From Basidiobolus meristosporus CBS 931.73 (taxonomy: Eukaryota > Fungi > Basidiobolomycota): DNA of 64,000 bases. Location of the stretch: contig MCFE01000288.1 of the NCBI GenBank assembly GCA_002104905.1, forward strand, positions 1 through 64,000, in the 5' to 3' direction. The notes under the pieces are model-generated. The model did no database searches. It was not told the DNA's origin and saw only the letters and a list, made by a program, of their open reading frames with translations. Positions 1 to 11,263 of the stretch are shown here, in pieces (the first letter of the stretch is position 1; each line of letters opens with the position of its first letter). A program made the position numbers and the translations under genes.

Positions 1-273
1 AGAGTCTATTTTTATTGCTAGTGGGTGAGGGACAGCTTAATTTTGCCACTTGACGAGGAAATGTCTTGGATCTATTATCTAGCACTACCAGTAATTGATG
101 TTTCCTTTAATTTCCAAGCAATTCCAATTCCAATCAAGGCTTGGTGTCAGGTGGGCATCGGAAAATACGGACAACATTCTCGTGTTATTTACCGGTAGCC
201 ATGCGAGCACCGCAAATCCGCTCCAAGTCACGCTTGACGTCTACGATTTCGAGCTAGGCAGGCGTGTCAATGG

Positions 274-1515
274 TCATGAAGCACTGTGGTCATTTACCTC
301 CATCAACGATCTCAGCGCGACTGCCCTACCCTCGAAGAACTTGTGCCACCGCAACAGCTCGTCGGGGCTCAGCTGCTCAAGTGATTGCTTGAATTTGTCT
401 TCGCTCATCCCCAGGAAGTTAACCATGTCATGGTACTGTTGGCTTTGCAGATGATTCCAGTCTTTCCTCCTCCTTTGGATCTTGCTCTTGTGCAACGCAC
501 TGGGCCGCTCCTTGTTGTGTAGCTTCGCGTAGAGCCCGCACGCATTGCAAATCGATTCTCCCTTTTCGTTTTTGCGCCACAAGGGTGTTTGGGTCTGCGA
601 GCAGTTCGCGCATTTTAGATCTGGGTTTTCCTCCGCTTCCTCAGCTGACTTTCGCTTGATCTGCGACATGTCTGGAGATTCCGGGTCGTTCTGCTGGGCC
701 TCCGCAGACGACGCCAAGGACTTGGGGGTTTTCTGGTGAATGTGTAGTGGTCGATGTGTCTTGTACTGCTTGAAATAGAGCCCTGATGAAACGAGAATTA
801 GTGGCCGTTAGGGCGCCAGGATCAACGTACACATACCGCATGCGTTGCAAAGTGAGTGTTGGCGATCGGGGGTTCGTCGCCACAAAGGAGTGCTCGTCAC
901 TCCGCAGTTATGGCATGACATGTCCCGAGGGAACTTGGCCTTGCTAGAACAACTTCGGCCCCCCTTGGCTCTGCCGAGCCCCGAATCCTCCTCGTGAACC
1001 ATCCTCTCCTTAAAGCTAACTGTGTCGGTTTGGTTGATGAATGGCAGGAAGGTGGCGGGCTTCTCGGGTCGGAGTGGGTCTGCGGCAGGAGGCGGAGTGT
1101 GGGCAGACTGCTCTCTGAGCTCCATGGTATGCATGTGGGGTTTCTTACTCATGGGAGAGTCCAGCCGCTTCAATTGGATTTGCTGTGGATTCGATCGCAT
1201 GCCATGCTCAGCATTATACTTGGGGGGCTCGATGGTGGATCGAAGCTGATGAAGAAACTCAAAATCGCTGCTTTCCAACGATTGCACGAAGCTCATGCCT
1301 GATGTTTCTGGAGTTGGGTATGAGGGCTCTGGGCAAGGAGAGATCATCCAGTAATTTGCGTCGGGGGACAAAAGTTTGTGATTGGATTGAGGTGGATTCG
1401 GGGAATACTGCCCATACTGGGGGGGAACATGGAAGTTGGAATGCTCTTGGCGGGTGGGAGAGTGATGGTAAGGGCCCTCGTCCATGGAAAGCATGATGTT
1501 GTTGGGCACATTCAT
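274..1515 (-). CDS. GATA zinc-finger transcription factor with two fingers; exons complement(837..1515, 274..782), about 395 aa
   Basis: ORFs 808..1575 and 274..717 join in frame across a 54-bp intron (783..836, GTATGT...CATCAG, CTAAC/CTAAT branch candidates). Splicing restores CHNCGVTSTPLWRRTPDRQHSLCNACG|LYFKQYKTHRP. Second finger is CANCSQTQTPLWRKNEKGESICNACGLYAKLHNKERP. First ATG in frame is at 1515 (MNVPNN). Confidence 0.9.
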
Positions 1516-1897
1516 GGCACAAGCGAAGGAGGATAGCAAAAGTAGTAAATGGTAGTGGCAGTGCCTCCACCGCACTTATAAATCACCAGGCTTTTCCATG
1601 ATTGGCCGCTTCGGAGAGATGCACCAGATGTTTGATAATCTACCCCAAATGCAATCGATTCGATCGTAGAGTAACTCTGCTCTCGTTACAGCACACGTCT
1701 GTTTGGAGTAGTCCATGAAATTTTCTATTCCTAGTTTGGCCACGAAGCTTCCGCTAGGATCCAGATTCCGGGTGGATGAGTGGGACTTTGCCCGAAAGCC
1801 CCGTACAGAGAACCAGAACAGGTTTGGTGACTGGATCACGCAACGTGTTGTGGAAGCGATAGGTGATTCTTGTTTGCTCTGGAAGATATCAATTAGA

Positions 1898-2115
1898 TTA
1901 TCAGGATCAGCTCGATTGATAGCGAGCCTTGATAGTAAGCCCTACCGGTTTATTCGGGATTTTGGGTTTACGTTATGACGTTCGCTAAGCTTTTTCGTAG
2001 TCCCAGGGGGTGATAAGCACAAGTGGCTGCCTATCTAAACAGCCTTTATTCTTTGTTGATTATCGGGGTGACACAATGCATAACTATCTCTTATTCATCT
2101 TCTGAGTGCTGATAA
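1898..2115. promoter_or_regulatory. Cluster of 8 HGATAR (GATA-factor) sites upstream of the GATA gene
   Basis: TTATCA 1898, TGATAG 1917, TGATAG 1930, TGATAA 2011, CTATCT 2031, TTATCG 2060, CTATCT 2084, TGATAA 2110; one more TGATAA at 1633. Confidence 0.5.
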
Positions 2116-3092
2116 CCTCTTCACATACTAGCCTCCATTCCCCAGTGGCACCAACCACCCACATCTCACGCTGAATGTAGCCTGATATGGGGATATTGAC
2201 TGTTCAGCATCTTGTGTGGACTTTTGATTCCAGCCTGAGTTCACTAAATGCTGCTCCCATCAATACATATTCGCTATGCTAGTGGTAGATGGAAGTGAAA
2301 TCAGGCGCGGGTTTGGCTGATCACGCAAATATGAAATGATGCACAATGTGACGTTATTTACGCTTGGGTGTTAGGTTAGGTTCGTATCGATTGAATATTT
2401 GACATTCTCGGCCTGGTTAATATAGATAGTATCCAGCTATCACTGGCGGTTGTAGAAGTCCCCCAAGTTCCCACGATGCTTCTTGATACTTGGGTAGTCT
2501 GGAAAAGGCACATAGTCTACCAAGCGGCATACATTTCCACGAGAAACTCTGTATCAGCCTGTTTATCGGTCGTGTTCAGATTCGGAAAGATTAATTTCCT
2601 CCGTTTGATCGATTAATCAAACAGCAGGCCTAGGAACGCAAGCAGTATCCGTAATCAAGGATGACAGGTTGTTAGTCAATGTCGTACCAATCGAATTCAC
2701 CAATCTGCTGGACTAACATGGATTTTCATCCACCTGTTACCACAGTACACCACACCAAGTTCCCTATCTACCACAGTCGCTGTACGCAGGCATCATCACT
2801 TCCCACCCGCCGAAGGCTGATACTCTTGATGATTCCGAGTGGATCTTTGAGAGATTTAAGCAACAGATGGCCTTGCGCTAGAATCGCTAATCGACCCAAT
2901 AGAAAAGGGGCCAACCCGATAATTTCATGGGAAGATATATTGGGAGAGATTAATCCAGATCAAATATGGGGAAATATTACTAACTTTGACGCACCTCGCA
3001 CCCAGATAGCTACCTACAGGGAAGTGCATGTGTGGTATATGGGATGTGGAAGGTGGTATCAATAGGGTAGCCTCGATTTGATAAGGTTTGTT

Positions 3093-3172
3093 TTAGTCTG
3101 ACCACATATATATCTTAGTCTGACCGCATATATCTTCGTTTTAGTCTGACCGCATATAATTTCGTTTTAGTC
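3093..3172 (+). repeat. Short tandem repeat, about 26-bp unit, about 3 copies
   Basis: TTAGTCTGACC(A/G)CATATA...TTCGTT units start at 3093, 3115 and 3141, with a partial unit at 3167. Confidence 0.85.
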
Positions 3173-3557
3173 ACGGAATCTTGACGTTGACCGGCTTTTG
3201 CAGTTACACGAGACCTCATTTTTTGAAGCAATCACATTCCCCGAGCTTTATCAAACATTCCCTTGATTATTATCGCATGACATAGCAAGGTTGAACAAGC
3301 TTTCAGCTGATATGCTGTTGAATCTTCGGTATTTCCGGCGACTGACTTTCTTGAAATGCCTTTGGCATGCGTAATTGAGTTTGAACTGCCACTCAATAAT
3401 ATCGATATATTCAGATGACGGATGACCAATCCCAATCAAACCTACCCAACCTTGTCTGCTCAAGCAAGTCCACATACCCAATGGGTAATATCCGTCAAGT
3501 TTAAAATAGCAAGATTAACATAATCCCCTCCAACCTGGGAAGTGCCGCAAATTGGTG

Positions 3558-3565
3558 TATAAATA
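3558..3565 (+). promoter_or_regulatory. TATA box of the pyruvate carboxylase gene
   Basis: TATAAATA about 210 bp upstream of the ATG at 3770 (about 150 nt once the 5'-UTR intron is removed). Confidence 0.6.
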
Positions 3566-3698
3566 GTCCCCATCCCCTTCGATATGCCTGAATTTCAACG
3601 GTTCATTGGGTGTTGAATAGATACCTTTTTTCTGTAATATCTCCCCGTACGTTCGTTTCTTTACAAAGTCTTTGGAGCCCCAGCATACATAACACAAG

Positions 3699-3760
3699 GT
3701 ATGTCTTTGATCCTGGCGTTATGGAGTGTGCTGTTTGTCTGACGCTGTTGTTTTTTGTAG
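3699..3760 (+). other. Probable 5'-UTR intron of pyruvate carboxylase
   Basis: AAG|GTATGT...CTGAC...TTTTTTGTAG|, 62 bp, ending 9 nt before the ATG at 3770. Confidence 0.6.
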
Positions 3761-3769
3761 AGTTCAGTA

Positions 3770-6700
3770 ATGGGTTCAGTGGAGCATATTCGCCGTCAGA
3801 CCAGCGTTGACCTTGGAGGTCCTACAAAGCTGCTGGTGGCTAACCGTGGTGTAAGTAGTAGGCGTGTGTAGTGTTACCCGCAACGTGAAGCTCATCTCGT
3901 TTGTGTTTCTTTAGGAAATTGCCACCCGTGTGTTCCGTACCGCACACGAGCTTGCTATGCACACCGTGGCTGTATTTGCCTACGAGGACAGACTTTCCAT
4001 GCATCGCTACAAAGCCGACGAAGCTTTCCAAATTGCCGAACAAGGGCAATACACTCCAGTCGGTGCCTACTTGGCCCAAGACGAGATCATCAAGATTGCC
4101 CAAAAGCGTGGGGTCAAATTCATCCACCCTGGGTACGGGTTCCTCAGTGAAAACGCCGAGTTTGCCAAGAAGGTCGAGGCCAACGGTATGCACTTCGTCG
4201 GCCCTTCCTACGATGTGATCGAGAAGCTAGGTGACAAGACTGCCGCTAGAAAGATCGCCATGGAGTGCAAGGTTCCAGTGGTCCCTGGTACTCCAGGCCC
4301 TGTCTCCAACTTCGAGGAGGTTCGTTCCTTCGTGCAGGAGCATGGATTCCCCATCATCATTAAAGCAGCCATGGGAGGTGGTGGCCGCGGTATGCGTGTC
4401 GTCAGAGATGATGCCTCTTTGAACGATGCCTTCCAGCGTGCACAGAGCGAGGCCCTCTCCGCCTTCGGAGACGGCACTGTATTTGTGGAACGTTTCCTCG
4501 ACAAACCCAAGCACATCGAAGTCCAAATTTTGGCCGATTCCTACGGAAACGTGATCCATTTGTTTGAGAGAGATTGCTCCGTCCAAAGAAGACACCAGAA
4601 GGTGGTCGAGATGGCCCCTGCTAGAGACCTCGATCCTCAGATCCGCGATGCCATCCTTGCTGACGCCATCAAGATTGCCAAGCATGTCAACTACCGTAAT
4701 GCCGGTACTGCTGAGTTCTTGGTTGATCAGCTAGGAAGACACTACTTCATTGAGATCAATCCCAGAATTCAAGTGGAGCACACTGTTACAGAAGAAATCA
4801 GTGGCATTGATATCGTTGCTGCACAGATTCAAATTGCCGCCGGTGCATCCCTGGCTCAGCTTGGTCTCGAACAGGCCAACATCAAGACCCGTGGATATGC
4901 TATCCAAGTCCGTATCACTACCGAAGACCCAGCTCAGAACTTCCAGCCAGATACCGGTAAGATCGAAGTATACAGATCTGCCGGTGGTAACGGAGTTCGT
5001 CTTGACGGTGCCTCCGGCTTTGCCGGCTCCATCATTACTCCTCATTACGACTCCCTCCTCGTCAAGGTCACCTGTACCGGAAGCACCTTCGAAGTGGCTC
5101 GTCGCAAGGTTATTCGTGCCTTAGTCGAGTTCCGTATTCGTGGAGTCAAGACCAACATTCCTTTCATCCAAAGACTCCTCACCCATGAGTCATTCATCGC
5201 AGGAAAATGCTGGACCACGTTTATTGATGACACTCCTGAGCTATTCAACCTTGTACATTCTCAAAATCGTGCTCAAAAGCTCCTCTCTTATCTCGGAGAT
5301 ATCGTCGTCAACGGAAGCAGCATCAAAGGACAAACCGGCGAGCCATCCCTCAAGACTGCCATCCCTATCCCCACTCTACCTGCACTGGAGAACGGACAGG
5401 TCATTGACACCACTGTCCCCTGTGAAAAGGGATGGCGTAACATCTTGGTTGAAGAAGGACCCGAAGCGTTTGCCCGCGCTATCCGACAATACCCTGGCGT
5501 GTTGGTCATGGATACCACATGGAGAGATGCTCACCAGAGTCTGCTAGCCACTCGTGTTCGTACCATCGATATGGCCAACATTGCCACCGTTACATCCCAT
5601 GCCCTTAACAACGCTTACAGTTTGGAATGCTGGGGTGGCGCCACCTTCGATGTGGCCCTTCGTTTCCTCTACGAGGATCCTTGGGACCGTCTGGCCCAGC
5701 TTCGTAAGCTCGTTCCCAACATTCCTTTCCAGATGCTGCTTCGTGGTGCCAACGCCGTTGGTTACACCTCGTACCCTGACAATGTTGTTTACGAGTTTTG
5801 TGAACAAGCTGTCAAGACTGGTATGGATATCTTCCGTATTTTCGACAGCTTGAATTACATCGAGAACATGAAGCTTGGTATTGATGCTGTTCGCAAGGCC
5901 GGTGGTGTTGTTGAGGCTGCCATCTGCTACACTGGTGACGTCGCTGACAAGTCGCGCACCAAGTACACTGTTGAGTACTACCTTGACCTTGTTCAACAAC
6001 TGGTCGACTGTGGTATCCACATCCTTGCCATCAAGGATATGGCTGGTTTGCTCAAGCCCTCTGCTGCCAGGATTCTTATCGGCAGTATCCGTGAGAAGTT
6101 CCCCGATCTTCCTATTCATGTCCATACTCACGACACCGCCGGTACTGGTGTTGCTTCTATGCTTGCCGCTGCTGAAGCTGGAGCGGATGTCATCGATCTT
6201 GCCATTGATAGTATGTCAGGTCTTACCTCTCAGCCCTCTCTTGGTGCGGTTGTTGCTGCATTGGAAAAGACCCCCTATGGCACCGGTATTCGTTTCGAGA
6301 ATATCGAGGCCTTGAACACCTACTGGGAGAACGTTCGTCGTCTCTACTCCTGCTTCGACCCCGGACTCAAGAGCGGTGACTCCAGTGTTTATCTTCACGA
6401 AATGCCTGGAGGCCAATACACCAACCTTCTCTTCCAAGCCACCTCACTTGGCCTTGGTTCTCAATGGAACGAGGTGAAGAAGGCCTACATTGAGGCGAAC
6501 AAACTTTGCGGAGATATCGTCAAGGTGACTCCTTCCTCCAAGGTTGTTGGTGACTTTGCTCAGTTCATGGTGTCCAACAAGCTGAGCTACCAGGATGTGT
6601 TGGATAAGGCCAAGGACCTTTCATTCCCCACATCGGTTGTTGAATTTTTCCAAGGCTACCTTGGACAACCCCATGGCGGTTTCCCTGAACCTCTTCGTAC

Positions 6701-7352
6701 CGATATCATCCGAAACAACCTTCGCATCGATGGCCGCCCCGGTGCCTCAATGGAGCCCTTGGATCTTGTGAAGTTGAAGAAGGAGCTGGTGGAGAAGTAT
6801 GGAAACCACATCAGTGATGCGGACGTGATCAGTGCCGCATTGTACCCCAAGGTGTTTGAAGAGTACCAGGACCGTGTGAAGCAATTCGGTGATGTCTCCA
6901 TCATCCCCACCCGCTACTTCCTCTCCAAGCCGCAGATTGGCGAAGAGTTCTCGGTTGAAATTGAGACTGGCAAGGTTATCTACTTCAAGCTCACTGCCGT
7001 GGGCCACTTGAACCCAGTCAACGGAAAGCGTGATGTCTTCTTTGAGGTGAACGGTGAGCCACGTGTGGTTGGTATCGAGGACCATACTGCCGCTGTGGAG
7101 CACGCAATCCGCCCCAAGGTCGATCCAAAGAATCCAGGAGAAGTAGGAGCCCCCATGGCTGGAGTGGTTGTAGAGATTCGAGTCAAGCCAGGGGCACACG
7201 TCAACGCAGGTGACCCAATCTGTGTCTTGAGCGCCATGAAGATGGAGACCGTAGTTTCCAGCCCAGTCTCAGGCAAGGTCGATTTGCTAGCCGTAACAGA
7301 GGGCGAGTCCATCTCTGGACAAGATTTGATTGCTAAAATCATCAAGGTTTAA
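3770..7352 (+). CDS. PYC: Pyruvate carboxylase; exons 3770..3850, 3915..7352, about 1172 aa
   Basis: A 64-bp intron (3851..3914, GTAAGT...TTAG) restores MGSVEHIRRQTSVDLGGPTKLLVANRG|EIATRVFRTAHEL. Biotin carboxylase GGGGRGMRVV, carboxyltransferase RDAHQS/HTHDT and biotinylation AMKM motifs are present. Confidence 0.97.
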
Positions 7353-7996
7353 CCAATAGCAGCCTTGAATTTGTTTAAATTACTCACCTGAATTATCACC
7401 TGAACCATCATATCCCCCACCTGCCCCCACTTGCTGTCTTATGTGCATGTATACATCGTCTATTCATAATCCTAGTCACATTACCACGAACTCTATTTCC
7501 CTCTCATACAACCATGTATGGCCACCACCAATCATCGAATAAACCAAATTGTTCTTATCTATTACGTACGTTCTACGCCCCTGCTGGATCCTTTTGATGG
7601 AACGATTTGGTGATACGCCCCTAAATGGATTACGTTGAATGGCGATCGTCCCACTCGAAGCCATGATTGGTCCAACTGGGCCGGCCGGTGTTGGCATGTT
7701 GCATATGGAAATCAGTGGTAAATTCCGTTACCCTCAATGCGACGATTATCCAAGCTTACAACCCGGATCAACCGATAAGACCCATGGCGACCGCGTTAGG
7801 AACTGCCATCTGGAAATGGATTGAGTTTGGATCCGGTAATTCTGCCGAGGCCACCGCTCATGCAGCTGATAAGGAAGCATTATCCACCAAAAGGGTAGGC
7901 GTATTATAGGGAAGTATCTGAGGTTTCCGAATGGAAAACCAAGATTTTATTTCTATGGTGTATTCAAAATCTCATACTTAATGGTATTATTTACAC

Positions 7997-9028
<1,032 letters not shown>

Positions 9029-9073
9029 TTAACAAGAGATGTTATCTGGTGAACCCGTCGACCCGAACCACCA

Positions 9074-9081
9074 TATTTATA
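9074..9081 (-). promoter_or_regulatory. TATA box of GAPDH
   Basis: TATAAATA on the minus strand, 64 bp upstream of the ATG. Confidence 0.65.
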
Positions 9082-9505
9082 ACCAACCCAACGACCATCC
9101 GAGTTTGCTGGTGTCCACGATTCAACGCACCTCTCGGCGGGGTTGATTGGTTGGTTGAATCAGTATCCGAATTCAATGCTCGAACGTCCTGGCGGGATCT
9201 TGATATCAAGGGTCAGGGAAGACCTAGACCTGGGTTTCCGGACTGGATCGGTATCCTATTTGTCTGCTGCTGGCCTGAAAAAACTGGACAAGTCTCGATT
9301 CATGCTATCGATCGAATCCCATGGAAGCTTTACGTGGTCTGATAACCAGGCGCCGATCGGCTCGGCTTTGGTCCCCTCGGTACGATTGATTTCCGCATTC
9401 CTAATCGAGACGACCTTTTTTTCCAGGGTGCGGGTGTGTGTGGTTGTGGGTGTGGTTGTTGGTTGTATGAAGTTGGCTCAGGTAAATCAAGGAAATACAC
9501 TAATC

Positions 9506-9624
9506 GCTTATTCTGGTGCCAGATATGCAAATCACCACGCCTGTTGAAAATTGCTTACTATTCTGGTGCCAGATACGCAAATCAATACGCCTGTTGAAAA
9601 TTGCTTACTATTCTGGTGCCAGAG
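9506..9624 (+). repeat. Tandem repeat, 50-bp unit, about 2.4 copies, upstream of GAPDH
   Basis: TTGCTTACTATTCTGGTGCCAGATACGCAAATCAATACGCCTGTTGAAAA at 9551..9600, a near-identical copy before it and a partial copy after it. Confidence 0.9.
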
Positions 9625-11263
9625 ATCCTCACTGCGATCTGGCATGCACAGAAACCAAGCATCCTGATAAGAGCAGACGCTCATCTCAATGCTCACTTCG
9701 GCCTCCAGCCTATCATAGAAAAATCCACTCGACTCAATAGATGCCTCCCGACCACCAGAACCCAGTCAGGATTAGTGATTGAAGGATGTAATGGTGCTTA
9801 ACTCTAAGCCAACTTGTCTAAGCCTGCTCCCGTTGGGTATTAATGCTTGTCAAATTAGGAAGCAACGATATTTCATCTAGACTCCAATCAAGCAATACGT
9901 AGGAGCTCGAACAGCCATGATGAAACATCCTCATGTTTCGTCAGATCAGTAGTCCAGAGGTGAAACACCACCAATACAAGCTTAACTAAAGCTCAAGTAA
10001 ATGGATACATAGATGACATATAAAGTATAGGCAATAATTGATCTCGCCTTATCAGACAGGTATAGCGTTTATTTGTTGTCTATTTCCGGAAATGGCATCG
10101 GAATTTTCTCTTGGTAACATTCGCGTCTTACACTCGTAATCACAACATAAAGTGAATCTATCTATATATATGTGATGGCCAGGTATTTTTATCATTTCGC
10201 ATAGTGGGTTGGATACAGCCCTTACCTAAATTAAGATTCCTCAGGCTATGGCAATGTATCACATCAATATACATAACATCCGCTCCCCACCCATTCATTC
10301 AGGATCACACAAGCTGCTAGAGCTGCTGAAGAATAAAGGGAGCATTTGTTATGCCGCAACACTGCCTCCGTAATTGGGAGGGGGCTACAGCCCTGGAACT
10401 CTCAGCTATGCTGTCGGCTGTGAGAAATCAGTTTAATTAACGCAGCAGAAAAGGTGCGCACACCTCCTGCAGATCGTAATGTACCAGGGTGACCTGGGTT
10501 GACGCTGCTTAGCCCTCGCCCCATGTGTCATATGGGCCAACATCTCTTATCTCTTAGCACAGTGCGAAATGTTAGTCAACGTGCATGCTTGGCAAGCAAT
10601 CGAAGATTGAAACGCACTACTTCAACTGCCAATCTATTTCTGTTCATTCCAAAATTGGCTGATTGTCTGTAGATACTTGATTTAGACCTTCTCGCACCAG
10701 CCCTAGCCTGGAGCTGAGCGCTGATTGGCCACCACAGTTGCAGGCTCTTCCCTAGAAACGAGCCCTTTGAACGTTGCAGGAGCCAGTTATGTGTAATATT
10801 TCGAGGAATTTCTGGTGGCATTCATCAGGTGAAATAAAGCACCTTTGGCATAATATGCTTTTGAATTAATTTACACAGTATTATTGGAGCCAATCAGTAT
10901 ATATAATTAGCGTGCATAGAATGAATTACTACTAGATTTAGCTGTAGTACATAACATATTGGGGTTACCCAAATACAATCCGTTCATTGAATCGCTTTTA
11001 AAGGGCAGCGGCCCTCAACGGATCTTGTCACCTTGTATCCTATCAAGCCAGTCCAAAGCAAGTCTTCCCCTCTGGTTTTGCTCCTTGTATTCTATCTGCA
11101 ACTTGCGTGCCGCTCGTTAGATGTGCATGTGCTTGGCATTGTTTGTATCTCACTAAAAACTCTCTAGAGCTCCACTTGTGCTTTTTGAACCGCAACCCTC
11201 ATATAGTTGTCGAACCATCCCCGCCCCTTAGCCTATACACCCTCCTTTCTCTAGACTACCCAT

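Noticed and set aside
1516-1575. Signal-peptide-like extension MRWRHCHYHLLLLL in the ORF track
   Set aside because: It starts at GTG, and the product is a nuclear factor; the ATG at 1515 is more plausible.
2679-3065. 128-aa intergenic ORF
   Set aside because: No recognisable motif, codon bias or splice partner.
3840-6910. Several antisense and alternative-frame ORFs within pyruvate carboxylase
   Set aside because: Fully overlapped by a conserved gene; shadow ORFs.
9506-9624. Repeat arrays here and at 3093..3172 considered as CRISPR-like
   Set aside because: Head-to-tail units without unique spacers, eukaryotic context, no cas genes.
9800-11100. Possible tRNA or ncRNA genes in the intergenic region
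   Set aside because: No cloverleaf, A/B box or snoRNA box pattern could be supported.
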